Shown in pieces: positions 38,902 to 52,660 of a stretch of 64,000 bases of DNA. The notes under the pieces are model-generated. The model was not told where the DNA came from, made no database searches, and saw nothing but the letters and a program-made list of their open reading frames with translations. Positions within the stretch are counted from its first letter, which is position 1, and each line of letters begins with the position of its first letter. The stretch is from Octopus sinensis (Eukaryota). The translations under genes and the position numbers were made by a program. The stretch lies in contig NC_043003.1 of NCBI RefSeq assembly GCF_006345805.1, positions 20,770,001 to 20,834,000 on the forward strand, in the 5' to 3' direction.

Positions 38902-39770
38902 TACGACGGGCTTCTTTCAGTTTCCGTCTACCAAGTCAACTCACAAGGCTTTGGTCGGCCCGAGGCTATAGTAGAAGACACTTGCCCAAGGTGCCGCGCA
39001 GTGGGACTAAACCCGGAACCATGTGGTTGGTAAGCAAGCTACTTTATTTCATAAAACTTGCAGACACTGTTGCAACCGAAATCTGGGGCTCCAATGGAGA
39101 ATTCTGAAACTCTCGTTTTTACACGAATCAATTATCATATTGCATTGCTTTCTTTCCAGCACCAGAGCAGCCACCTGCGAAGGCCACTCTGGGCTTTCAA
39201 TGCAATTCGCCTCCCTCAGGATCCGACTGTCCATTTCATTTTCGACAAAACAGTCGATAGCCCCTCCCTTGAGCTAGCAGAACATACATTCTTCACCACC
39301 TTCACTGGGAGGGGGCCCTCAACTCCCTCACTCGGTGGCACACATCCCACTGGCGAGGTCATATTTTTCCCACCCCTCCGGTGGCACACATCCCACCGAA
39401 GGGGTTTCGGAACATGCCGTCCCCGGCAATGCCCCGTTTTTCTTTTTCTTGTTCTTTTTTCCTTTTACGACGGGAGAGTGGAGTTCCTCCAACATCTCCG
39501 AAGAACCCTCCCTCGCTACCGCCGTCTCAGGATCCATGGGTGGGCAACCATTGTTGTCCCCCTTACAGCCACTCCTGCGCCTATAAATGTAGATAACGTA
39601 CACAATGTCACATTTTAAACTTGAGAAAAGTCTCGGATAGTTTTACTGATCCACTGAAAATCTAAGCTTCTCCAGACTGATAGATAAACAGGTTAGTGTT
39701 TGCTTTAACACCCGGCCACTGAAGCAAAACCGAAAAAGTGTAAAAGGTGTAACAAAAAAAAAAAAGTGGG

Positions 39771-40721
39771 CATAGTTTCGGTTGTAGTAGCACAGATTTC
39801 CGTCGATTTCCGTAAAAAACTTTTATTTTTTTTACATAAGTAATGAGAGCGAAAGAGACTAAGAGGAAGCGGTTTTACGACGAGAAGGTTTCTCTTTGAA
39901 GTCGGCCTGTGTGTGTTTGATGGGGTGTGGGAGACAGACAGTATGTTGTGTAAGTGAAGTGCTTTTGTTAGTGTGCGAAGAGACAGACATACATATACAC
40001 ATACACCGAGTAAAAAATTACGATGAATCGGCCAAACATACATACATACACACACACACATACATAGATACATACACACACACACATACATACATACATA
40101 CACACACACATACTTACACACACACACACACATAGATACATACACACACACACATACATGCAGACATACATATACACATACACCGAGTAAAAAATTACAC
40201 TGAATCGACCATACATACATACACACATACATACATACACACACACACATACACAGATACATACACACACACACACATACATGCAGACATACATATACAC
40301 ATACACCGAGTAAAAAATTACGATGAATCGGCCATACATACATACATACACACACACATACTTACACACACACACATACATAGATACATACACACACACA
40401 TACATGCATACATACATATACACATACACCGAGTAAAAAATCAGTTATCTCTCTCTTTCACACATTACTCTCTCTGTCTCTTCGCACACACTAACAGAAG
40501 CACTTCACTTACACAACATACTGTCTCCCACACCCCATCAAACACACACACACACACACATGTACATCAATGCTTCCCCTAGACGGTAACTTCAAAGACA
40601 AACTTCCCTCGTCATAAAATTGCTTCCTCTTAGTCTCTTTCGCTCTCATTACTTATGTAAAAAAATAAAAGTTTTTTTACGGAAATCGACGGAAATCTGA
40701 GCTACGACATGCGAAACTTCG
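39771..40721. mobile_element. Foldback-like element: ~200-bp TIRs enclosing a CA/TA-built tandem array
   Basis: 39775-39990 vs 40472-40718 inverted. Anchor ccgagtaaaaaat at 40006, 40183, 40306, 40429. Confidence 0.8.
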
Positions 40722-41715
40722 CCAAAAAGTGTATTAAATGAATATGAAAACAAAAATTTGCGCCAAAAGTTTTGCCAAAAAAATTTTTTCCGAAGAGGTA
40801 GAGAGAAGACTTTCGAAGAGAAAAAAAAATCAGAAAAAGGAAGGAAGGAAGGGAAGATAGATAGATAGATAATGTAGGTAGGTAGGTAGGTATGTATGTA
40901 TAGCCAGAGCATGTAATTTTAATAAGTACACCGTAATAATTTAAGTATTACTAGTGATCGTTACCAACGGGTAACGTAGTAACGACTACGGTGCCGGTAA
41001 AAAAAATATTTGCTAATTATGTACGTACCTTCAAAAGTTATTCCAAGAGAGTCTTTTTTTTAAGTGTTTTGCGTTGTCTCTGTTTACAAACTTGTACTTT
41101 CGCGCGCTTTTAATAAAAGTTTATTGGGTAAATTTCTTATTTAACATCCGCACGATTTCAACAAAGAAAAAAAAACGTGCGTATGTTACATACATTTACC
41201 TAATATAATAACAATAGATACATATTTAACTTTTACAGAAACACACATAAGCTGAGTGTATGTTTCGAGTCGCTTCGGCTGCAGAGTTTCCCTTTTTTGT
41301 GCTCATAAAGCATTATGTGCCTTAAATGCTCTTTGGACACGTCCATGTTAGAAAGTGTTTTAATCAAAGAAATTTTAATTCTATTATTCTGTAAAATAAT
41401 ATTTAATTAGTTTTAATGTACACAAATGCATAAAAATAATTTTTAATTCCATTAAACATTCTAAAATACTATTAAATTTCATTCAATTTTAAAAAAAGGT
41501 AAAATTAGACAGAACTTATGGGATGACCTGATAAGTTTGTAAAAAAAATTTTTTTTAAGTGTAAATGAAGTCGTTCAGATGTGGGGTCAAGTGGCTTCGT
41601 TCCATTTCATTATTCATTTTTTCCATTCGTTTGTCTTTTTTTTTTCGTCCCCACTTATATGTTTGTATTTGTCCCTTTGTGGGTAATAAAGAAATCGTTG
41701 TTACAATAATCTGAA

Positions 41716-42820
41716 ATGGAACTGTCAAAGCGCGATATTCGAGCAATTTTGCTATTCAACTTCAGAAAAGGACGTAAAGCAACTAAAACTGCTCGCGATA
41801 TCAATGAAAAAACATTTGATGAGGAAATGACCAGTGAGTGGTCAGCTCGAAAATGGTTTAAATGATTTTGCAGTGGAGACCTGAGCCTTGAAGATCATGA
41901 GCGTAATGGACGCCCATCTGTCATCGATGACGGTCAATTAAAGACCGTTTTTGAGAAAGATCCATGTAAAACCACTCGAGAACTGACAAAAGAACTTCAA
42001 GTTAGCCATAAAACTACCCGCAATTATTTGCATGCGATGGGAAAATCAAAAAAGCTCGACCAAACGATTTGAATGAAAATCAGAAAATGAGCAGCTATGA
42101 AATTTGCTCGTTGCTTCTTCTCTGTAACCAGACCAATCCATTTTTCGACTGTATTGTAACTTGCAATGAAGAGTTGATTCTGTATAATAATAAAAAAGAC
42201 AAACGTTCTTCGCTGTGGTTGGACCAAAATGAAGCACCGAAAACCTTCCCTAAACCCGAGTTCTTCAAAAAGAGGGTTATAGTGACTGTTTGGTGGTATA
42301 CTACTGAACTCATCCACTATAACTTCTTAAAATCCGGGAAAACCATTGCTGCTCAAAATTATTCCCATGAAATTGGCAAAATGAACGAAAAATTGGCACT
42401 CCTCCGTCCCAGACTGGTCAACAGAAGAGGGCCAATCATTCTTCATGACAATGCTTGACCAAAAGTTTCACTAATGACGCTCCAAAAATTAAGGGAATTT
42501 GGCTATGAAGTTCTTCCCCGGTCAGCTTATTCCCCAGACCTTTCTCCTACCGACTACCACTTTTTCAAGCACCTTGATGGTTTCTTGTGTGAGATGGAGT
42601 TCAAACATCGAACCGATGCTGAAAATGCGTTCAAAGAGTTGATCAGCTGCAAAACTCCATATTTTTTATGTTACCAGAATAAACAAACTTGTAACTCGTT
42701 GGCAAAAATGTGTTAATTGTAATGGTACTTATTTTAATGAAAACATTTCTGCATTGTTGAAATATATTACGATGAATTTCATGTTTCAAAACGTTGCCTA
42801 CTTTTTACTAAGCCTGATAT
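41716..42820 (+). mobile_element. Decayed mariner (DD34D) transposase
   Basis: MELSKRDIRAILLFNFRKG..., IVTCNE (first D lost), LHDNA*P, YSPDLSPTDYHFF. Stops and frameshifts; left TIR not evident. Confidence 0.9.
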
Positions 42821-42874
42821 ACAGAGTCCAGAGTTAAATTGTCTCATAAATCATTTGTTTACTTTCGTCTAGTT

Positions 42875-43700
42875 CAGTGTTCCGCAACCTTATTTCACTT
42901 GCGATACACTTGTATTTTTATCAAAATTCGGCGGTACACCTGAACTAAAAGTATAACTAAATGAGCATTCTTTCGGTGGAGAAGAGATAGAAAGAGAGAG
43001 AGAGAGCCACTTAGACATCACTCTCTCTCTCACACACACACACGTGCACACATACATACTCTTTTACTTGTTTCAGTCATTTGACTGTGGCCATGCTGGA
43101 TCACCGCCTTTAGTCGAGCAAATTGACCCCACGACTTATTCTTTGTAAGCCTAGTACCTATTCTATCGATTTCTTTTGCTGAACCGCTAAGTTACAGGGA
43201 CGTAAACACACCAGCATCGGTTGTCAAGCCGATTGTTGGGGCGACAAACACAGACACACAAACAAATACACACACACACATATATATATTTATACATATA
43301 TCCGACGGGCTTCTTTCAGTTTCCGTCTACCAAATCCACTCACAAAGATTTGGTCGGCCCGAGACTATAGTAGAAGACACTTGCCGAAGGTGCCACGCAG
43401 TGGGAGTGAACCTGGAACCATGTGGTTGGTAAGCAAGCTACATACCACACAGCCACTCCTACGCCTACATATGCATACAAAAAAGATGTATGCATATGTA
43501 TTTATGTATGTACGTATACATGACAACACACCCCTTCACTCTGCCCCTCTTTCACACACACACACGACCATTCCATATACACGTACAAAAATCGTCTCTA
43601 AAAGTATAGGGGGAAAAATTACATTCAAGTTACACCGCAGCCATCTAGTGTCGTCTCGTAGCACACGAGTGTGCCGCAGCATACTTGTTGCGGAGCACTG
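42875..43700. mobile_element. hAT-type non-autonomous element with nested SINE-A
   Basis: TIRs cagtgttccgcaac / gttgcggagcactg; perfect 8-bp TSD gtctagtt (42867-42874, 43701-43708). Confidence 0.9.
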
Positions 43701-43789
43701 GTCTAGTTTAAGATTAAACTATGCGTTTCTTTTCATTGAAAGAGAATTAACTAAATGCTGTAGTACCCAATCCATTTTTTTAAATAAAG

Positions 43790-44298
43790 GGTGGAATTCT
43801 GGTTTAAACACCCCATATAATCCATCATAACTTTTCTTTACTTTTTGGAATTTTCAAAAACTTTTAGCGAATTTGTGTTCTATACACGGGAATTCATATA
43901 ATTATGCAAAAAAAAATTGTGTGATTTAAGGGCAATTTAGTTGTTGTTTTTAGCACATCTCACGACCACCTGATAACTTCCTCGTTTCTTTGTCACTCTG
44001 ACATGTATTGATGTTTTTCAATATTTTTCTCCTCATAAACACATTTAATGGAATCATGATGCACCTAAGGGTGTCCCACAGTTGGGATTTAAGCAAAAAA
44101 TTCGGACTATCTAGATTTTAAACTAATTTAAATATTTAAAAAATCAAGAAAGAGAGGAGCTTATAAGATTTTTAAAAATTGTTTTGCATAATCGTATGAA
44201 CTCCTGTGTGTAGAAAAGAAATACGCAAAAATTTTCTGAAAATTCAAAAAAAATTCAAATGATACGTGTTAAATGGGGAGCTTAAACCAGAATTCCAC
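43790..44298. mobile_element. Small TIR element (MITE)
   Basis: ggtggaattctggtttaa / ttaaaccagaattccacc inverted ends; TSD not resolved. Confidence 0.55.
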
Positions 44299-44299
44299 C

Positions 44300-45535
44300 A
44301 AAACAACAATTCCCAGTCCGGTTTGGTGCACCTTAGACTCCCCAATCACTGACCTTGCCTTTGAGTCCATCTTCCAGTCGAAGGTGGCTGCCCCTGAGCA
44401 ACTGCTGAAAATTACTGAAGCAATCGAACCCCATTAAGGTTTTTTCATACTTAGGAATTACCTCTCGATCCCTAAGCTTCTATATTTGCTCAGAGCCAGT
44501 TCATCTTACCGATTCCCATCGTGCCTCCAATGCTTTGACAACCTAATCTTTGAGAGACTGAAATGATTGGTCAATGTCAGACTCTCTCCAGTGTCCCGCG
44601 ATCAGGCTGCATTGCCCAAGCGATTTGGAGGTCTTGGTCTTCTTAAGTGTTCGTCCGTCTCTCTCCCCTGCTTCCTTTCCCCCACTCACGCCTGCTCCAC
44701 TCTGGTGAGCAACATCCTCTCCTCTCCAATACTGGAGGGAATTGGGCTTCTCTGCTCCTGAGAAGGTGGAGGACTGTGGGAGTCAGAGAGCTTGAGACAA
44801 TATAATTTCGAAGGCCACCTTCGACTCCCTCTTCATCTAGTCGGACCAGTTCTTAAGATGCCGCTTACTGTCTGCTAGCGCCAAACACTCAGTGAGTGGC
44901 TAATGTTGATGGCCTACTCAGCTTGGACGAACTTCGTGTCTCCATTGCCCTCAGAGTGGGAGGTGACGTATGCACGGGTTTGATCTGTCGTTGTGGCCGG
45001 CTCCTCGACTCCACAGGCCTCCATGGTCTTCCTTGCTACCTGAATGCTAGTCGCTTCGCGCGTCATACGGAGTTGAACCTGATACTCAAGAGGAGCTTGG
45101 TCCGGGCAAACATTTCCTCCATCTTGGAACCCATCTGAATTGTCCAGATGTGATGGGAAAAGACCTGAGGGCCTCACCCTTTGCCCCTGGTCACGAGGCA
45201 GATGCCTTGTCGGGGATGTCACAGTTAGCGACTCCTTTGCTTCTTCTCACATTCTAGATGTTGTGGTCAGGGCGAGATCCACAGTTTCTGCGGCCGAGCA
45301 GAACAAAATCCTAAATACCGCGATCTGTCGGCCAACTACAGATTCCATCCTGTGGCGTTCGAGACGTTTGGTGGGGTCGGACCACTAACTGCGAGATTCC
45401 TGTCTTCACTGACAACTCACCTAGCAGAGGTAACCGGTGAGGCTCGTGAGGATGCTTGGCTGTTCCGGCGCATCAGCGCCGCCATCACCCGCGGCAACGC
45501 TGCAAGCGTGCTGGCGTGCCTCAATAGCCATTAGA
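44300..45535 (+). mobile_element. Decayed CRE-clade non-LTR retrotransposon, C-terminal Zn-knuckle + RLE endonuclease
   Basis: CRCG..LD..GLH...C..RFARHTELNLILKRSL..LEP / DGKRPEGLTLCPWSRGRCLVGDVT / AFETFGGVG...ISAAITRGNAASV. Frameshifted. Confidence 0.8.
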
Positions 45536-45659
45536 GAAATTTTCCAGCGCCCCCAACTTTTCAAATTAAGCTGGTGAATTGTTTTGGGTTTTTCTCATTT
45601 CTCTTTTTCTTTTTTCCTTTCTTTCTTTCTTCTTTTCTTTTTCATTTTTAATTTTTTTC

Positions 45660-48600
45660 AATTGTGTTCTGTTTTGTCCAGTTTTCTAATTTAATTTTGT
45701 AAAACTATTCAGCATTATTGAAATAAAAATAATGTGTACAGTAGGTTAATATAAGTACTAAAAATAATATTAGCCAAAAGGATGCAAATTAGGTCCACGT
45801 TTATTGACATCTCAATGAAACATAATTTCAAACTCTTAAAACAATAACTGGTTAACATAATTGCTTGACTATTAATAGTTCTACAGATAAAGCGGCAAGT
45901 TGGCAGAATTGTTAGTACGTCGGGCAAAAATACTTTTCTACTCTAGGTACAGGGCCCAGAATTTTGGGTGAGGAGGCCACTCGATTAGATCGACCGAGTA
46001 CACAACTGGTGATTAATTTATCGATCCCGAAAGGATGAATGACAAAGTTGACCTCGGCGGAATTTGAACTCAGAACATAAAGACAGATGAACTACCGTTA
46101 AGCATTCCGCCCGGCGTGCTAACGTTTCTTATTTCTTTATTGCCCACAAGGGGCTAAACATAGAGGGGACAAACAAGGACAGACAAAGGGATTAAGTCGA
46201 TTACATCAACCCCAGTGCGTAACTTGTACTTAATTTATCGACTCCGAAAGGATGAAAGGCAAAGTCGACCTCGGCGAAATTTGAACTCAGAACGTAATGG
46301 CAGACGAACTGTCTCTAAGCATTTCGCCCGGCGAGCTAACGTTTCTGCTAGAACGCCGCCTTACGTCAGGTGAAAATACTAAACTGCATTTCGTCTTTAT
46401 GTTCTAGGTTCAAATGCCACCGAGTCTTTCGGAGTCTTTCAAATAACGGTGTATGTAACACTATCATACATAATTTGTGGACAATATATTTTTTGCTTTA
46501 TTACTTTGTTTAAAGTATTTAAAATGTGACATTTTTCCTTGTTAAAATCGTGACCCTTTTTTTCCGGACACCTTAAGTAAATATGTCCCCACAAAAATAA
46601 AATACAGATTAGGATCATTTCCTAGTTAACTAAACACTTTAAAACTTCGTATACTGGTAGAATGTGTCAAAATAAAACATTTTTTCTCTTGGCCTTCTTG
46701 ATAAAATAGTAATTCGTTTGTTTAACGTAGTTTAATTTTTCGAATTTTAACCAATGAATCGCCTCTAATTGAGCTAAAATCATTTGCTGCGTCTAAAACT
46801 GAGACAACATTCTGTCACTAACTCTAAACCTCCCCTAACCCCAATTTTTTTTTCTTAATTGTTAAATTAATTTAATTGTTACGCGTGTAAAAAAAAAACG
46901 AAAGCAATGGAAAATAATTTAAACAATTAACAAACAAAATAATTCTATAATTTTATACACACGCATTCCGTAACACACGCTTTCCGTATACGTACAGAAA
47001 GCGTGAATATAAAATTATAGAATTATTTTGTTTATTAATTGTTTAAATTATTTTCCATTGCTTTCGTTTTTTTTTTACACGCGTAACAATTAAATTAATT
47101 TAACAATTAAGAAAAAAAATTAGGGTTAGGGGAGGTTTAGGGTTAATGACAGAATGTTGTCTCAGTTTTAGACGCAGTTTTAGCTCAATGGAGGTAATCG
47201 ATTGGTTAAAATTGCCGAAATGCTCGAAATTTCAGACGAAATATCTTACAAACTATAGAATTTTCTCAATAAAACCAAGAGAAAATGATGTTTTATAAAC
47301 ACATTCTACCAGTATACGAAGTTTAAAACTTTTTAGTTACCTAGAAATTATGTTACAAAGTGCCGTTCAAAAGGAAAAGATCCACAGATTATTTAATAGT
47401 TAACTTTTTAAGCATTTAAATATTCCTTCCTCTTATTCGGCTATCCAAGCCTAATTTTGTAATTACTCATTCATTGTCTAGCGGGTATATGAACTTAAAA
47501 CAAAAGCTCACTTTTTCAACACCCAGTATTATTATACAACATTAGTCAAGAATGAGTGTGTGTTGGACTACTCATCTCTGTCGAGCAGATAAAAAGACGT
47601 CACAGAATCGCTCATGATGTATGTTACAGACATTAATCGAAAGGTTGCCGAAATAAGTACCAGTTGAGCACTGTAATCAATGTAATCGAGTAGCCTTTCC
47701 CTGCAAAATGTCAGGTTTCGTGCCTAAAGTAGAAAGAATTATCAGTCTCACAGATACATGAACCGAAAACCAAGGATGAGCCGCTGCATGGCGAGCTTTT
47801 GGTTTTGTTGTTCGTTTAAGATCGGCAGTTGTCTCCCTTCCAACTATGATTGCTACATGGTTAACGGGTATCCTCGGTACTTGTTAATTATGATATTGCA
47901 TGCTATAGTGCCATTAGGTAGGAGGGGCACCTAGATGATGGCGTTATAATATATAAGTTGACTGAGTCATTGAGGGGCAGTCCTGTATCAGTCTGGCTGA
48001 ATGCTAGAAGTTGTCAGAGTGATTAGGCTAGAAGCGGGCTCGGATCTTGTTAAATTTCTTCCAACCACTTGAAGATTTTTCATATTTTCACCAGATAATT
48101 TTCAAAAAGTGTAGATTTGTTGTAGTTTTGTGAGCTAATGACGAAAAATATATTCATTTTAAAAAAATTAATAATAAAAAGTTATATGCATTTAAAATTA
48201 AGTAATTTCAGCTGATTGAAGCCTCAATTACCGAATATATTGTAAGTTGTGACAATGTAGCCCCATGGGAACAGTACACTTCGTGAAAACCTTTAAGTGG
48301 ATTCTGGACATCCTAAAAAGAGCAGCCAAATCGTTAAAGTACACCACAATGTCAAAAGAAAAAAAAAGGACGACATAGTGTGCCACATAAAACTTTGAAC
48401 GAAATGGGCCCCAAGATCGATATTAATTTGTTTGTTTTTTGTTTTTTTCAATTACGTTCTCTGTTTTGTCCAGTTTTCTAATTTAATTTTGTAAAACTAT
48501 TCAGCATTATCGAAATAAAAATAATGTGTACAGCAGGTTGATGTCAGTACTAAAAATAATACCAGCCAAAAGGATGGAAATTAGGCCCATAATTATTGAC

Positions 48601-49420
48601 ATCATTTCAAACTCTTAAAACAATAACTGGTTAAATTAATTGCTTGACTATTAATAGTTCTACAGATAAAACGGCAAGCTGGCAGAATTGTTAGCACGTC
48701 GGGTTGAAAATTTACCCTCGAGCAGATAAAAGACGTTACACAATCGCTCATGATGATACAGACATTAACCGAAAGGTTGCCGAAATAAGTACCAGTTGAG
48801 CACTGTGATCAATGTAATCGAGTAGCCTTTCCCCGCAAAATTTCAGGTTTCGTGCCTAAAGTAGAAAGAATTATTAGTCTCACAGATACATGAACCGAAA
48901 ACCAAGGATGAGCCGCTGTATGGCGATCTTCTTGTTTTGTTGTTCGGTTAAGATCGGCAGTTTTCTCCCTTCCAACTATGATTGCTGCAGGGTTAACGGG
49001 TATCCTTGGTACTCGTTAATTATAATATTGCATGCTATAGTACCATTAGGTAGGAGGGGGCACTTAGGTGGTGGCGTTAGAATATATAAGTTGACAGAGT
49101 CATTGAGGGGCAGTCCTGTATCAGTCAGTCTGGATGGTAGAAGTTGTCATAGTGATTAGGCTAGAAGCGGGCTTGGATCTTGTTAAATTTGTAATGATGA
49201 AAATTGTATTCATTTTTTAAAAATTAATAATAAGTTATATGCATTTAAAATTAACTAATTTCAGCTGATTGAAGCCTCTATTGCCGAATACTGTCTAGCC
49301 CCATGGGAACAGTATACATCGTGAAAACCTTTAAGTGGATTCCGAACTTGCTAAAAAGAGCAGCCAAATCTTTAAAGTACACCACAATGTCAAAAGAAAA
49401 TAAAAAGGACGACATATTGT
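45660..49420. repeat. Local direct duplication (A 45660-45925/A' 48455-48710; C 47578-48385/C' 48718-49420) plus inverted B/B' (46445-47515 / 49722-50038)
   Basis: Segment pairs aligned by eye. Confidence 0.85.
46612..47383. mobile_element. Palindromic MITE/foldback with 8-bp TSD acagatta
   Basis: Ends ggatc...gatcc; arms ~370 bp; TSD at 46604-46611 and 47384-47391. A related terminus occurs at ~31248-31465. Confidence 0.92.
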
Positions 49421-51614
49421 GCAACATCTAAACTTCGAAATTAAATTTACTTTCTCTTTTCTTATGATAAAATTGTAAATTTTAAAAATAGAAACAGATG
49501 GTCGCGGAGGCAACGGTGGTGATGGAGAAAAAAAATTGGTGGCCAATGTTATTGTACGGTAGGATAGATGGTGAGGGTAGTGGTGGTGGTGATGGTATTG
49601 ACCGTATTCATTCACCATCACCAAACCTTGTAAAAAAAATCTTACCATTAGGGAAAGAACATTTAATATCACTCTGCAGAGTCTTGTGCTTTAAGAATCT
49701 TAAAGTACTTACTTGCAAAAGAGAGCTTTTGTTTTAAGTTCATAGACCCGCTAGACAATGCATGAGTAATTACAAAATTAGGTTTGGATAGCCGAATAAG
49801 CGAAAGGAATATTTATAGGCTTAAAAGGTAACTATTAACTAATCTGTATTTTATTTTTGTGGGGACATATTTACTTAAGGTGTCCGGAAAAAAAATTTTA
49901 CAGAAAATAAGGGTCACGATTTTAACAAAGAAAAATGTCACATTTTAAATACTTTAAACAAAGTAATAAAGCAAAAAATATAGTGGTATTTTTACCAATA
50001 CAGGGTCCACAAATTATGTATGATAGTGTTAGACATACCCTTAATCCTTTACTTGTTGCAGTCATTAGACTGCGGCCATGCTGGGGCACCACGTTGAAGG
50101 TTTTTAGTCGAGCGAATCAACACAATACTTATTTACCTGGTATTTATTCTATTGGCTGTTTTGCCAAACCGCTAAGTTAGGGGGGGGGGTGTAAACACAT
50201 CAACAAACTGTGGCCGGGGACAAACACACACAAACATTTATACGACGGGTTTCTTTTAATTTTCGTCTCCCAGATCCACTAACGAAGATCTGATCGACCC
50301 GCAGACACTCTCTCAAGGTGTCACTCAGTGGAACTGAACCGAGAACCATGTGGTTGGAAAGCAAACGTTTACCACTCAGTCATGCTTCCGCTTATTTATT
50401 GGGTTACTCTTTTACTCTTACTTGTTTCTGTCATTTGACTGTGGCTATGCTGGAGCACCGCTTTTAGTCGAGCAAATAAACCTCCAAAGCTTATTCTTTG
50501 TAAGCCTTGTACTTATTAAGTCGGACCCTCTTTTTGTCGAACCGCTAAATTGCGGCGATGTAAACAAACCAACAACGGTTGCCAAGCGGGGTGGGTACAA
50601 ACACACAAACACATGCACAAGGACGCACGGACGCGCGCGCGCGCTCATATACAATACATGTTTTTTTTTTTGTTTTTGCGAACAGTGATTGTGTATTTTT
50701 GTGCATGTACAAATGTATGTATGTGTATGTACGTATGTATGTATGTGTTCACGTCCTCCAATTATGTATATACATATACTGTATACACACACACACGTCT
50801 CCCGCTCTTTCTCTGTATGAATATGTGTGTGTGTGTGTGTAATTATGAAAGTTTTATTCATAACACGAACACAGACGCGTGTTATTTAAATTATATTATG
50901 GAAACTGACGTACCGTATGTCTTTGTTGGGGAAGTGATATACAATTGAAAGGAAATTTGATACACGAATCCTTTTCCTTTGTTGCTAAGTTTGAATCGAA
51001 TTAAGGGTTCAGACACGTGTGGAGATTTTAAAAATTACACGTTTCAGCTCTTTTTCTTCTTTTCTCATTTCAGAGACCACACCCCGTTTGTATAGCCATC
51101 GATCGATCGGATTAATAAAGTCTAGTGATCAATTTATAATTCGAGTACGTGATCTGGTTTATGTTTACTTTTAACACCTGGCCACCAAAACAAAAAACAC
51201 TAGAGTAATAGGTGTTTAAAAAATGTGTATTAAACGAATATGAAAACGCGCTAACAACCCGGGCGATGGGGAGAGGACGTTCAGAAATCATATTCAACGC
51301 AGTATTTATGAATTTGTTTCTCTCACCAAGATACGTGGAATCTTTTTGAAAACCTTTTTCTATTACTCAAACAGAAAATAAATGAATCTAAAATTTTTTT
51401 CCGAATTTCTTTCTCTCTCTACCCCCACCGGGAAAAATTTTCCCCACAAATGTGTGTTTGCAGGAAGGCACAGTATCCAGCTAGATGACAAAGGGAAAGA
51501 CATTGTTATATGCCAAGGATTCTGAAAAGGGAAATGTAGTATCCAACTTTAGACCAAAAACATGCCTTCTGCTCATGTAGATTATTATTCTGGTATCATT
51601 ATTACATATAAATG

Positions 51615-51646
<32 letters not shown>

Positions 51647-51854
51647 GGTGGCAAGCTGGCAGAGTGGTTAGCACACCGGGCAAAATGCTTAGCAGGATTT
51701 CACTCATCATTAGGCTCTGAGTTCAAATCCTGCTGAGGTTGACTTTGTCTATAATAAATTAAGTATCAGTTGAGTACTGGCGTCGATGTGATCGGCTGTC
51801 ACCGTCCCCACAAAATCCAGGCCTTGTGCCTAGAGTTGAAAAGATTATTATTAT

Positions 51855-52660
<806 letters not shown>

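Noticed and set aside
39984-40440. CRISPR-like repeat-spacer array
   Set aside because: Eukaryotic context; the spacers are related microsatellites, not unique, and there are no cas genes.
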